Below are positions 37,589-47,593 of a stretch of 64,000 nucleotides of DNA, piece after piece. The stretch is from positions 1-64,000 of the forward strand of contig CAMTVO010000014.1 of NCBI GenBank assembly GCA_947085205.1. Reading direction: 5' to 3'. The notes under the pieces were generated by a model. The model was given only the letters and a program-made list of their open reading frames with translations, ran no database searches and was not told where the DNA came from. The translations under genes and the position numbers were made by a program. This DNA is from an uncultured Nitrospiraceae bacterium (GTDB lineage Bacteria > Nitrospirota > Thermodesulfovibrionia > Thermodesulfovibrionales > Dissulfurispiraceae). Numbering within the stretch: position 1 is the stretch's first letter; every line of letters begins with the position of its first letter.

Positions 37589-38032
37589 CTAAACCTCACC
37601 GAATACATATTTTTGCAGCAATTCTTCTATATCAATAGCTGATTCTGTCTCCCTTATTTTACCGCCGTCCGAAATGATTTTTTCAGAACCGCCTGGTGTT
37701 ATCTGTAAATATTTTTCACCTATAAGTCCCTTTGTCTTTACAGATGCTATAGCATCCTCCTGCAGCTTGACACTGCTGTATATTGTTATTTCAACCAACG
37801 CCCCGTAGTCCTTGCTTAACCTTACGCCTTTTACCTTCCCTATATCAACACCTGCCATTTCAACCACTGCGCCAGGTTTAATCCCCCCTGCCTTTTCAAA
37901 TTCAGCATATACTGTATAACTGTTCTTCCCTATTATTTCAAGTTCACCAAGCTTTATGGATAAATAGCCGAGGGAGATAATACCTATTAAAACAAAGAAA
38001 CCGACAGCCAATTCTACGTCAATTTTTTTCAT
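37589..38032 (-). CDS. mlaD: MCE-domain protein
   Basis: VGFFVLIG, GGIKPGAVVEMAGVDIG.V, TKGLIGEKY. Confidence 0.9.
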   Translation of the reverse strand: MKKIDVELAVGFFVLIGIISLGYLSIKLGELEIIGKNSYTVYAEFEKAGGIKPGAVVEMAGVDIGKVKGVRLSKDYGALVEITIYSSVKLQEDAIASVKTKGLIGEKYLQITPGGSEKIISDGGKIRETESAIDIEELLQKYVFGEV

Positions 38033-38077
38033 AAACTCTCCTGCTTTGCCGGAATGCGGAAAATGCGGTTTCTTTAA

Positions 38078-38827
38078 TCAATCCATTACTCCTATTGGCC
38101 CCTCAATGCCGCCTGTTATAAACTGTCGTACCACCGGATTGTTTGACCTCTTAATTTCATCAGGAGTACCAGCATCTATTATAATGCCATTATACAACAT
38201 GGCAACACTGTTTGCTACCTCAAATATCTTCGGCACATCATGACTTATTACCACACCTGTATACCCATATTTTTCATGGGTGCTTGTTATAAGTTTCTGC
38301 ATAGAACTCGATAGAATCGGGTCAAGACCTGTGGTTGGCTCATCAAAAAGCACAATGGATGGCTCTGTAATAAGCGCCCTTGCAAGGGCGACCCTCTTTT
38401 TCATGCCTCCGCTCAGTTCTGCTGTGTACTTGTTCTCCACTCCTTTCAGACCAACATCAGCCAGTGCATGCATAACCCTATCCTGTATTTCCATCTTACT
38501 TAACCTTGTTTTTTCCATAAGTTGGAAAGCGACATTTCCATATACATTAAGGGAATCAAAAAGCGCACCTCCCTGAAAGAGCACTCCAAATTTTTCTCTT
38601 ATTATATCCAGCTCCTTTGGTTCAAGCCCTGTAATATCCACACCGTCAACTAACACCTTCCCCTTATCAGGCATGAGGAGACCTATAATATGTTTTATCA
38701 GCACACTTTTACCGCAGCCGCTCTTTCCCATTATGGTTATAATTTCTTTGTCATGGATTGTCAAATTTACACCCTTGAGGACTTCCTGACCGTTAAAAGA
38801 TTTATGAAGGTCAATGATTTCTATCAT
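38078..38827 (-). CDS. mlaF: ABC transporter ATPase
   Basis: GKSGCGKS, LSGGMKKRVALARA, DEPTTGLDP. Confidence 0.9.
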   Translation of the reverse strand: MIEIIDLHKSFNGQEVLKGVNLTIHDKEIITIMGKSGCGKSVLIKHIIGLLMPDKGKVLVDGVDITGLEPKELDIIREKFGVLFQGGALFDSLNVYGNVAFQLMEKTRLSKMEIQDRVMHALADVGLKGVENKYTAELSGGMKKRVALARALITEPSIVLFDEPTTGLDPILSSSMQKLITSTHEKYGYTGVVISHDVPKIFEVANSVAMLYNGIIIDAGTPDEIKRSNNPVVRQFITGGIEGPIGVMD

Positions 38828-38836
38828 TTAATCCTC

Positions 38837-39607
38837 TCATAAAAGGACTGAGCCGAGGAAGTAATCCCAGACAAGGATTAATATGGATGATATCACTACA
38901 GCCTCTGTTGTGGCCTTGCTGACCCCTTCTGCGCCATAACCTGTATAAAAACCCTTATAGCAGCATACCCATGACACGATAACGCCGAAACTGAGGGATT
39001 TATAAAGTCCGATCATTACATCCTCCATATCCACATAATCCTTCATAAGCGAGAAATATGTTCCTGAATTAATCCCGAGTATCTCCACTCCCACCACATA
39101 TCCACCATATATGCCGATTACATCAAAAATGGCTGTAAGCAAGGGAAAGACTATTATGGCAGCAGCTATGCTTGGCACAATGAGATAACGCATGGGATTG
39201 AGTCCCATTGCTGTAAGGGCGTCTATCTGCTCGGTAATCCTCATCATGCCTATCTCTGCAGTCAATGCCGAACCTGCCCTGCCTGTAACCATCAGGGCAG
39301 AAAGGACAGGCCCCAATTCCCTGATAAGGCTGAGTGCAATGCCAGGACCTAATAATGCATCTGAGCCGAACTTTCTTAGGATATAATATAATTGCAGGGC
39401 GAGGACCATACCGGTAAAAGCGCCTGTAAGGAGAATTACAGCCATGGATTTATTTCCAAAGAATCTTATCTGCCTCAAAAGCAATTTGAATTTAAATGGT
39501 GGAATGAAGATAAAATAAAAGGAGTTTAACAGAAAGAGGAACATGTGGCCCATTCTTCTCAAGATTGAGAGTGCCCACGAACCTAATATCCTCAATAATT
39601 TTTCCAT
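38837..39607 (-). CDS. mlaE: ABC transporter permease
   Basis: RELGPVL..L..GRAGSA..AEIG.M..TEQIDAL. Confidence 0.92.
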   Translation of the reverse strand: MEKLLRILGSWALSILRRMGHMFLFLLNSFYFIFIPPFKFKLLLRQIRFFGNKSMAVILLTGAFTGMVLALQLYYILRKFGSDALLGPGIALSLIRELGPVLSALMVTGRAGSALTAEIGMMRITEQIDALTAMGLNPMRYLIVPSIAAAIIVFPLLTAIFDVIGIYGGYVVGVEILGINSGTYFSLMKDYVDMEDVMIGLYKSLSFGVIVSWVCCYKGFYTGYGAEGVSKATTEAVVISSILILVWDYFLGSVLL

Positions 39608-39762
39608 TTAAATACACTTCCGTCCGTTTATTCTTAGCCTTTAATAATAAAAAAAGCGCGTAGTGTTGTCAATTAAATTTGCTTTAAAGCAATGACCTTT
39701 ATATCCAAAGTCAGTGGTAAGGGTTATAATTCGCTCATGGCTCATAGTTTTATAGTTTTTTG

Positions 39763-40701
39763 CTATGAGCCAATTTTCAGGCTTCCGATGATTTCATTAA
39801 TATCAGAAAGCCCTTCCTCTTTAAGAAATCTCTCAAGACCTTCTATTATTTCAATTGTTGCAGTAGGATTTACAAAATTAGCGGTTCCGACAGCAACAGC
39901 TTTTGCTCCTGCTATCAAGAATTCGAGGGCATCATTGGCGTCCATTATTCCGCCCATTCCGATAATCGGTATCTTTACAGCCTTATAGACTTCCCACACC
40001 ATCCTAACTGCAACAGGCCTGATTGCAGGTCCTGAAAGCCCACCGGTGACATTTGCAAGCGCCGGCTTGCGTTTTTTAATATCAACTACCATTCCGGTTA
40101 TTGTGTTTATCAAAGAAACCGCATCAGCGCCTGAATTTTCTGCAACTTTTGCCATAAATCCAACATTGGTAACATTAGGAGAGAGTTTTACTATCAGGGG
40201 GAGTTTTATTGCCTTCCTGACAGCAGTTACGGCCTGTTCCATTATTTTTGGGTCTGTGCCGAATACTATCCATCCTGCCTGCTTGTTCGGGCAAGAGATA
40301 TTCATTTCAAGGGCATGGACTCCTTCAGCGCTGCTTAATTCCTCTGCTGCCTGAACATATTCATCTATGCTGTCTCCAAAGAAATTTGCAATGACAGGAG
40401 TCTTGAACTTTTTCAGAAATGGGAGTTTCTCCTCTACGAAAGCCTTAACTCCTATATTCTGAAGACCAATGGCATTGAGCATTCCTGCTGGCGTTTCGAT
40501 AACCCTCGGTGTTGGATTTCCTTGTCTTGGCGCAACAGAAAGCCCCTTGACCACGATTGCGCCAAGCCTGCTTAAATCAAGAAATTCAGAATATTCCTCG
40601 CCATATCCGAATGTCCCTGATGCAGTCATCACAGGATTTTTGAGCCTTAATCCAGCGATGTCTATCTCAAGATTTATTTTCTTTTCTTTACTTAAATCCA
40701 T
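39763..40701 (-). CDS. pyrD: Dihydroorotate dehydrogenase B catalytic subunit
   Basis: NPVMTASGTFG, NISCPN, KLSPN, GGLSG. Confidence 0.95.
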   Translation of the reverse strand: MDLSKEKKINLEIDIAGLRLKNPVMTASGTFGYGEEYSEFLDLSRLGAIVVKGLSVAPRQGNPTPRVIETPAGMLNAIGLQNIGVKAFVEEKLPFLKKFKTPVIANFFGDSIDEYVQAAEELSSAEGVHALEMNISCPNKQAGWIVFGTDPKIMEQAVTAVRKAIKLPLIVKLSPNVTNVGFMAKVAENSGADAVSLINTITGMVVDIKKRKPALANVTGGLSGPAIRPVAVRMVWEVYKAVKIPIIGMGGIMDANDALEFLIAGAKAVAVGTANFVNPTATIEIIEGLERFLKEEGLSDINEIIGSLKIGS

Positions 40702-41567
40702 TACTCCAACACTCCATCACTCCATACAATGTCTTCTATATCAAAGACCGGCCCCTCTTTACATACCCTTTTATAAGTAAACAGCGAATGGTGAGCGGTG
40801 AGCAGTTGAGATTCGTTTTTATTACTGCTTCCTGCTTCCTGCTCACTGCTTACCGTCTTCACCACACATCCCAGACATGCACCGACTCCGCATGCCATGT
40901 GTTCCTCCAGAGAAACATAACACTTTATATCTTTGTCTGCGACAACTTTGGAAAGTTCTTTCAGCATTGGTGTAGGGCCGCAAGCATAAATCGGTAATGC
41001 GTAATGCGTAATGCGTGATGGGTTAAGAAAATCGCTTAAAGAATCTGTTATCAAACCCTTCTTGCCTTCAGAGCCGTCATCCGTTGCTATAAACAATTCC
41101 TTTGAAAATGTTTTTGCCTCATTTAGCATTACCAGTTCTTGTTTATTCCTTGCGCCATAAAAAAGATATGCCTTGCTTTTAAATTTCTCCAGAAGATGCA
41201 ATAAAGAGGCAATACCAATTCCGCCGGCAACCGCTATGAAATCCCCATGAGGTTCCGGATAGCTGTTACCGAGCGGCCCGATTACATTGATTACATCGCC
41301 GCCTTTAAGATTAGATAAACATGATGTGCCTTTCCCCCTAATCCTGTAAAGAAACCGGAGCGTGTTATCTTCATATCCGAAAATACTAAATGGTCTTTTT
41401 AAGAGAGGGTCGTAAGTGTCGCCTGCCTGAAGCATATAAAATTGTCCCGGCTCCGGAATCTTTACAGTAGACAACGGACTAAGGCTTAATAATTTGAAGC
41501 GCTTGTTTAAAGAGATATTGTCGGTTACATCTGCTTTGAAATATTTATTAGACAAAGCTGATCTCAA
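40701..41567 (-). CDS. pyrK: Dihydroorotate dehydrogenase electron transfer subunit (exact start uncertain)
   Basis: [27 protein letters not shown]...VCKEGPVF. Confidence 0.93.
   Translation of the reverse strand: MRSALSNKYFKADVTDNISLNKRFKLLSLSPLSTVKIPEPGQFYMLQAGDTYDPLLKRPFSIFGYEDNTLRFLYRIRGKGTSCLSNLKGGDVINVIGPLGNSYPEPHGDFIAVAGGIGIASLLHLLEKFKSKAYLFYGARNKQELVMLNEAKTFSKELFIATDDGSEGKKGLITDSLSDFLNPSRITHYALPIYACGPTPMLKELSKVVADKDIKCYVSLEEHMACGVGACLGCVVKTVSSEQEAGSSNKNESQLLTAHHSLFTYKRVCKEGPVFDIEDIVWSDGVLE
40777..41020. repeat. Heptamer arrays inside pyrK
   Basis: GTGAGCG-type/CTGCTTC-type pair at 40777-40855; (GTAATGC)x3 at 40994-41020. Confidence 0.8.
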
Positions 41568-42021
41568 TGATTTCGTATTCTATAGTCCTTGCAGGAGCCT
41601 TTACAACTGCAATATCGCCCACTTCTTTGCCTATCAATGCCCTCCCGACAGGCGAGATTATGGAAATCTTTCCGCTCTTGACATCAGCCTCGTCAGGGCC
41701 TACAAGGGTGAATTCATACTCATTGTCTGCCTCGACATCAACTACCTTAACCTTTGCTCCAAATGCTACATTTGACTGGTTTATCTTTGCAGGGTCTATG
41801 ACATCTGCAGTTGCAAGCTTTCCCTGAAGCTCCTGTATGCGTCCTTCTATAAAGGACTGCCTCTCCTTTGCGGCATGATACTCGGCATTCTCTGACAAAT
41901 CCCCATGCGCCCTTGCCTCGGCTATATCCTGTATGTTCTTCGGCCTCTCGACCTTTAGAAGTCTGTCAAGCTCGTCCTTAAGCTTCCGATAACCTTCAGG
42001 TGTCATTGGAACACGGTTCAT
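41548..42021 (-). CDS. greA: Transcription elongation factor
   Basis: [29 protein letters not shown]. Confidence 0.96.
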   Translation of the reverse strand: MNRVPMTPEGYRKLKDELDRLLKVERPKNIQDIAEARAHGDLSENAEYHAAKERQSFIEGRIQELQGKLATADVIDPAKINQSNVAFGAKVKVVDVEADNEYEFTLVGPDEADVKSGKISIISPVGRALIGKEVGDIAVVKAPARTIEYEIIEISFV

Positions 42022-42165
42022 TATCGATGCATCCCTTCTTTTGAAGTAGGAACTGAGAAGTAAAAACTGGGAAACAAAAGTTCCGTTTTCAACTTCTAAC
42101 TTCCAACTTCATACTTCTTAATAAAATAACACTTTTATAATGATTTTTTCAAAAAGGAAAGATTC

Positions 42166-42600
42166 TTACGCGTTTTCCGCTTCTTTAGAGAGAGATTGCA
42201 CAGGCGCCCTGAAAGAATAGCGGTCATCTTCAAGGATTATCTGTACCGCCTTTAATTTGGCGATATTAACGATTAGCGGAGCCTTTAGATTTGCATTCAA
42301 TGCATTCTCAGAAACATTTAAAATTACAAGGACAGCAGTATCTCCCGCATCCTTAATTTCGAGAAACTCCTCAACATCATCTTCGACAGTGAGAGAATAA
42401 TCATGGAAAAAGCTGAAAGGCTCAGTAACTATGAAAGCCACTTCAGGGTCTTCAACTGCATGAAGCCATTTTATAGGGTCTTTATAGTCAAGGAGGATAT
42501 ATCGCTTTAAGTGTGGGAAACCCGGAATTCCCAAAGGAAAACTGATTATCTTATCCTCTTCAATGTCTATCTCGCCGAACCTTGTAGTATTTATTTTCAT
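42166..42600 (-). CDS. fliW: Flagellar assembly factor
   Basis: TTRFGEI, FPLGIPGF, NLKAPLIVN; next to csrA. Confidence 0.93.
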   Translation of the reverse strand: MKINTTRFGEIDIEEDKIISFPLGIPGFPHLKRYILLDYKDPIKWLHAVEDPEVAFIVTEPFSFFHDYSLTVEDDVEEFLEIKDAGDTAVLVILNVSENALNANLKAPLIVNIAKLKAVQIILEDDRYSFRAPVQSLSKEAENA

Positions 42601-42617
42601 CTTCGCCCCGCTATTGT

Positions 42618-42845
42618 CTATTTGTCTTTCAATCCCAAGAAATCTTTAAGTTTGTCCATATCGAGCTTTGCTGCCTCAACATTTAGCTGTCTGAGTTTTT
42701 CATAGAGCTCTTCTCTGTAAATAGGCAGTTCCCTCGGCGCTTCTATGCCGATTTTTACAAACCCGTTTCCTATTTCAACAATCTTTATCCGTATATTGTC
42801 GCCGATGTTTATTGTCTGATTTGTTTTTCTGGTTAGAACAAGCAT
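42618..42845 (-). CDS. csrA: Carbon storage regulator
   Basis: [19 protein letters not shown]...IYREE. Confidence 0.95.
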   Translation of the reverse strand: MLVLTRKTNQTINIGDNIRIKIVEIGNGFVKIGIEAPRELPIYREELYEKLRQLNVEAAKLDMDKLKDFLGLKDK

Positions 42846-42886
42846 TTTATCCTATCATTGGCCTATTATTTGCCTCATATCAGGCA

Positions 42887-44329
42887 TCACCTTATAAAGT
42901 CGAAAAGGCTTGTTCTAAGAAAATCAGACGATATGGTTCTCAAGCTCTGAAGCACAGTCTGTCTCTGAGTCATTTCTGATATAACCTTTGCAATATCGGC
43001 ATCCTGGTCATTGGAAAGGTATGTATTAATATCGTATTCCCTGTCGTCCTGATAGTTGCCTTCGGCTTGCAGTTTGTTAAGGTTAGCTCCCACTTCTGCT
43101 TGTGACTGGAACACCTTTTCCGCTACCTTGCCGATATAGTCTATTGCCTTTTGAATACGGCCGTTATCGTTCATTTCAAGAGATACCTTCAGAAAATGAA
43201 TCGCACGCAGTATATTATTTTCGTTCAGATAGTTGTTATTGAAGCTGTAATAATTGGGATTTGTTATGTCGGTAATATAGTTGTAATTTGCAATGCGGTC
43301 TCTCCCAAGAGTCATATTCTGTATTCCCTGTGGGTCGTATGCAAGTCTGTTAAGCCCGGCGCCTGCTCCGTCGGTCGTAGTTACAGTTATCTTAATTTTA
43401 TCGGATTGACCCACCGGGCTCGATGCGATAATAAGTCTGTAATCAGGGCTTCCTGCTGTCCCGAAATTCACGATGTTTGCTTTTACTTTTATTCCAGGCT
43501 GATTGTTGATTGCATCACGAATATTGTTAAGAGAGGCATTGGCAGCAATCACAACATCTACCGGTGTTGTATTATTTTCACCTACTGTTATAGTTAAAGT
43601 TCCTCCATTGGTAGTAAAACCGGCTGCAGAAGAATCAGCCACTGCTGCTGACAGTTGCAGCGCTGATAAGGGATCTGCATCCGGTGGAGTTTTGCGTTCT
43701 CCGGTAAGCGGGTCGTTTGCGGTATCGAAGTCTCTATTATGCGGCGGTAAAATAGCATTTGACGGGTCTGCTGCATTTACACGTGCAAAGCTGAACAAGC
43801 TGTTTGCCGGCATATTTAATCCAATCTCCGCTCCAGCGCTTATACTGATTTTGAAAATATTTGCATCCACAACAAATTCGCCGGTATTAATATCAATAGG
43901 AGCAATGTTTGATTTATAACCGGAAAATATATATTTGTCTCCTACTTTTGTATTGGCAATATCAATGGCAGTTTTCAAAAGAATATCTACTTCCTTTGAA
44001 ATCATCACCTTCGAATTGGGGTCGGTAGTCCCTGTCGCGCCTTGCAATGCCAGTTCTTTTACCCTTATCAGGGCGCTGTTCAGATTGGACATGGAAGAAT
44101 CCAGCGCCTCAAAAGAGCTCTTTGCAGAATTTATCGCTTTTTTGTATTCGCCTATTGCTGAAATTTGCGTCTTATAACCGACAATCCTCGACATGACAGT
44201 CGGGTCGTCCGACGGCCTGTTTATTTTCTTGCCTGTAGAAATCTGTTCATTGGAAATGAATATAGACTCCAGATTTTTCCTCATATCAGATAGAAATCTG
44301 TCGTAAAACATCTTATTCGTAATTCTCAT
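42887..44329 (-). CDS. flgL: Hook-associated protein 3
   Basis: MRIT.., STGKKINRPSDDP, YIFSG, SLFDFI. Confidence 0.92.
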   Translation of the reverse strand: MRITNKMFYDRFLSDMRKNLESIFISNEQISTGKKINRPSDDPTVMSRIVGYKTQISAIGEYKKAINSAKSSFEALDSSMSNLNSALIRVKELALQGATGTTDPNSKVMISKEVDILLKTAIDIANTKVGDKYIFSGYKSNIAPIDINTGEFVVDANIFKISISAGAEIGLNMPANSLFSFARVNAADPSNAILPPHNRDFDTANDPLTGERKTPPDADPLSALQLSAAVADSSAAGFTTNGGTLTITVGENNTTPVDVVIAANASLNNIRDAINNQPGIKVKANIVNFGTAGSPDYRLIIASSPVGQSDKIKITVTTTDGAGAGLNRLAYDPQGIQNMTLGRDRIANYNYITDITNPNYYSFNNNYLNENNILRAIHFLKVSLEMNDNGRIQKAIDYIGKVAEKVFQSQAEVGANLNKLQAEGNYQDDREYDINTYLSNDQDADIAKVISEMTQRQTVLQSLRTISSDFLRTSLFDFIR

Positions 44330-44331
44330 GT

Positions 44332-46068
44332 CTATCTTCTTCCTGTCATGGCAATAAGCGTTTCGAGGAGTTCATCTGCAACGCTTATCAGCTTTGCCGA
44401 AGCCTGAAAAGCTTTTTGGTACTTAATCAGATTGGCGGCTTCTTCGTCCAGACTGACGCCCGAAACCTCCTGCCTTCTTCTTTCAAGCTCTTCAACGAGC
44501 GTGCTCTGAAATTTCATGTTTATTTTCGAGGAGCTTGCATCAACGCCGACATCAGAAACCATGGAGCGATAAAAATCGATAGGGATAGCGCCAGCAATAA
44601 TCCTCTGATTAATTAAATCTGCTATCAACCTTGCATTTCTGTTATCTCCTACACCTCCTGAGGGATCAGAAGGATCGGTCTGAGCCGCAGCCACCTTCTG
44701 AGGGTCGGTTATCGCTGTAGCCATATACTTAGCGGCATTGGAATTAAAGCTTATACCGAATTGTTCGGTGACTGTAGTTACTAAATCGCTCTGGTTGCCG
44801 TCTATTCTGATTTTTATTCCGCTGAACTCCAATGTCCTGTAATCAGGGATTGTAGAAGTATCAGATGAAAGAGTCACTGATAAAGGGTTAATCGTTGTCC
44901 ATGTAGTTCCATCAGTAGATTCCTGAACACGCCAATAAATATCGGTTGCGCCTGCCTCTTCTTGCTGATAGCCTGCACCGCCTACGGTGTTATAGTCTAT
45001 CCGGTACATTTTACCGAGATTGACTACGCTGATATTTGTAAAATCTATTCCTGCAACCGTTCCTCCAACTGCAGGGCTTGAATCCGTTATTGAATAAAGC
45101 TGCCGAAAGAAGTCATTTCCAGTTGAGTTATCCAGCCCGTATCCCTGCCTGTGATAATAGTTGACGGTAAAAGAGAGGTCTATAGCAAAGGCATTGAGCC
45201 TGTTCATTATGGAAAGTATATTCGTTTCCCTTAAGTCGAGGTTTGCCTTCAGTTCTCCGCCTGTTATATAGCTGTTTATCTCCCTCACTTCGCTCTCCAG
45301 ATCCACATAAAAATGCATTGCATTTGCCGTGTCTGTAGTAACGCTCATTTTATAAGTCTTTCCGCCGTCGACAAGCGGAGTGCCGCCGATTAGAACCGAA
45401 TACCTGCCAACATTATCCTCGAATGTCGAAACCTTAACTATCTCGTTTAATTTTTCAATGAGAAGGTCTCTTTGATCCTTTAAATCAAGCGCTCCAGGAA
45501 CCGCTGCAATCTTATCGTTTAAATAAGCAATCTTGGCTGCAATGCTGTTTACCTCATTCACAAGGCTCTGGCTGCTCTTAAATATTTCAGTTCGTCCATC
45601 GTCGAGCATTGTATACGCCCCGCTTATGCGGCTGCTCATATATTCAGCCTTTTTTATCAATAAAGTCCTCTGCGCATATCCTTCCGGATTTTGAGCAACT
45701 TCCTGCCATGCATTAAAGAAATCTGTAATGGCTGTGCTAATGCCGGTGTCGGATGCCTCGTTGAATATATTCTCTATTTTGACAACACCCTTCTCATATG
45801 CATTCCAATAAGAAAGGTTCGATTTTTCGGTTCTTAACTGCAAGGTTAAAAAGGCGTCGTACATCCTTTTTACCTCTGTAATCCTGACGCCTCTTCCGGT
45901 TGTTCCTACAGCGGTTATATCTCCTGTAGGAATATTTTCGAGAACAACATCCTGTCTCGTATAGCCGGGAGTTGCGGAATTGGCTACATTGTGAGCTATT
46001 GTATCGAGCGCCCTTCTATTCATTAAGAGAGCGGTTTTGCCGATATCAAACAGGCCGAAACCGCCCAT
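44332..46068 (-). CDS. flgK: Hook-associated protein 1
   Basis: HNVANSATPGYTRQ, SGVSLDEEAANLIKYQ. Confidence 0.95.
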   Translation of the reverse strand: MGGFGLFDIGKTALLMNRRALDTIAHNVANSATPGYTRQDVVLENIPTGDITAVGTTGRGVRITEVKRMYDAFLTLQLRTEKSNLSYWNAYEKGVVKIENIFNEASDTGISTAITDFFNAWQEVAQNPEGYAQRTLLIKKAEYMSSRISGAYTMLDDGRTEIFKSSQSLVNEVNSIAAKIAYLNDKIAAVPGALDLKDQRDLLIEKLNEIVKVSTFEDNVGRYSVLIGGTPLVDGGKTYKMSVTTDTANAMHFYVDLESEVREINSYITGGELKANLDLRETNILSIMNRLNAFAIDLSFTVNYYHRQGYGLDNSTGNDFFRQLYSITDSSPAVGGTVAGIDFTNISVVNLGKMYRIDYNTVGGAGYQQEEAGATDIYWRVQESTDGTTWTTINPLSVTLSSDTSTIPDYRTLEFSGIKIRIDGNQSDLVTTVTEQFGISFNSNAAKYMATAITDPQKVAAAQTDPSDPSGGVGDNRNARLIADLINQRIIAGAIPIDFYRSMVSDVGVDASSSKINMKFQSTLVEELERRRQEVSGVSLDEEAANLIKYQKAFQASAKLISVADELLETLIAMTGRR

Positions 46069-46505
46069 TATGCCTCCACCGATATTTTCTGGCGTGGAGC
46101 GACATCAAAAGTATTAAGAAAATTGTACGAAGTCTTTATGTAATACAGCGACTTTTCTATAAGTATGCTGTTAAATCTATTGAGCTCCGATATGCTGTTG
46201 ATTATGGATTTAAATTTTGACGCTATATCGGTAAGCCTCTCTCTGTAACCGTTTTCCGCCATTTCAGCGACTTCAGATATGGTCTTGTTTTTAAAACCGA
46301 TGGATTCAAGTATCTTTTCTCGCGTTTCGTCGCACACCTTTATCATAGTCGTTACAGCCTCTTTTTCGCCCAACAGCGATTCGAGCGCTCTCGGGTCAAG
46401 GCTTACTATTACATCCTTTTCCTTCTGCAAGAGTTCGACCAGTTGAGTGCACAGGGAAAACTCCTTTTCCAGCACATCGATTAAGTCTTCATATAATTGA
46501 GTCAA
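46068..46505 (-). CDS. flgN: Flagellar export chaperone
   Basis: Helical 145 aa protein between flgM and flgK, N..N..LI motif. Confidence 0.8.
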   Translation of the reverse strand: MTQLYEDLIDVLEKEFSLCTQLVELLQKEKDVIVSLDPRALESLLGEKEAVTTMIKVCDETREKILESIGFKNKTISEVAEMAENGYRERLTDIASKFKSIINSISELNRFNSILIEKSLYYIKTSYNFLNTFDVAPRQKISVEA

Positions 46506-46782
46506 TGATAGCCTCCTTTAGAAGTTTGCCTGCTACCGCCTCGCCTCTGACATTATAGATGCCGGCGTTGATAGCATTTTTTATCTCATCTACACGGTCC
46601 GTCCTTATCTCAGGTAGTTTGCTGACCTCCACCTGCAGCCTGCCAATCTCTTTGGCCTTTTCAGAGACCGTTACATGGTCCTTGGATAAAACCTCCTCCG
46701 ACCTTTCCCCTGCCTTTTCCTTTGCCTTGTCGGGCTTCTGAAAATTCGGCCCTACAACATCAATCTTGTCTGTTATTCTCAT
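46489..46782 (-). CDS. flgM: Anti-sigma28 factor
   Basis: D.VTVS..AKEI, RTDRVDEIKNAINAGIYNV...VAGKLL. Confidence 0.88.
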   Translation of the reverse strand: MRITDKIDVVGPNFQKPDKAKEKAGERSEEVLSKDHVTVSEKAKEIGRLQVEVSKLPEIRTDRVDEIKNAINAGIYNVRGEAVAGKLLKEAIIDSII

Positions 46783-46823
46783 CTCTCAAATCCTCCTTTT
46801 GCGTTTATTGCGCTATAACTATT

Positions 46824-46850
46824 ATATCGGAGGATTTAACTAAAAATTAA
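46824..46850 (-). promoter_or_regulatory. Sigma28-like promoter of flgM
   Basis: TTAA-N15-TCCGATAT on the - strand. Confidence 0.5.
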
Positions 46851-47593
46851 CCAATCATGCCTGCCGGGTCCACCGGAATCCCGTTTTTCCTTAACTCGAA
46901 ATGAAGATGATGGCCTGTCGACCTTCCGGTTGAGCCTGACAGCGCAATTACTTTCCTTTCGTCTACGGTGTCTCCTGTTTTTACAAGATTTATTGAATTG
47001 TGCGCATAAAGACTGCTCAGTCCATTTTCATGTTCAACAATCACAGTGTTGCCGTAACCTGCTGAAAAACCGCTGAAAACAACCCTACCTGGCGCTGACG
47101 ATATTACCGGAGAGCCTTCCGGCATAGCTATATCCACTCCGTTATGGTGTTTAAGCCGTCCGTCGATAGGGTCGTGCCTTAGGCCATACCCTGAGGTTAT
47201 TTTAGCTTCCGCAGGAAGTCTCAACTTTAGTTCAGAGCTTAGAGTTACCCCCCAATTCCCCCCCTTAGTAATGAGGGGATTAGAGGGGGGGGTAATTGGC
47301 TCGTTACTACCGGAAAATGGAGTTCTCAAAAAGAAATCGCCTATGCCTATCCCTCTGTCTGCTAAGGATTTGGCCATTTCAGAGGTTATGTAAGGCATAT
47401 AAGTAGAAATAGTCCTGTCTTTACCGAAAGATGTCTGTTCCATCATTATCTTCAGGAACTCGTTCAAAAAAACGGTTTCCACCTGTTTTGCCATTGCCTT
47501 CGGGTCAGACGAGTTCTGAGTTCGGAGTTCGGAGTTGAGAGCTTTTAACTCCTGACCGCTGACCGCTGACTGCTGACTGCCGACTATCTTCAC
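46847..47593 (-). CDS. FlgJ-like rod-binding domain fused to an M23 peptidase
   Basis: AKQVETVFLNEFLKIM..AKSLA.RGIGIGD; HNGVD, YAHN, STGHHLHFE; sits at the flgJ position after flgI. Confidence 0.75.
   Translation of the reverse strand: MKIVGSQQSAVSGQELKALNSELRTQNSSDPKAMAKQVETVFLNEFLKIMMEQTSFGKDRTISTYMPYITSEMAKSLADRGIGIGDFFLRTPFSGSNEPITPPSNPLITKGGNWGVTLSSELKLRLPAEAKITSGYGLRHDPIDGRLKHHNGVDIAMPEGSPVISSAPGRVVFSGFSAGYGNTVIVEHENGLSSLYAHNSINLVKTGDTVDERKVIALSGSTGRSTGHHLHFELRKNGIPVDPAGMIG
47511..47585. repeat. Paired heptamer arrays in the FlgJ-like 5' end
   Basis: (GAGTTCG)n and (CTGACCG/CTGACTG)n. Confidence 0.85.
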
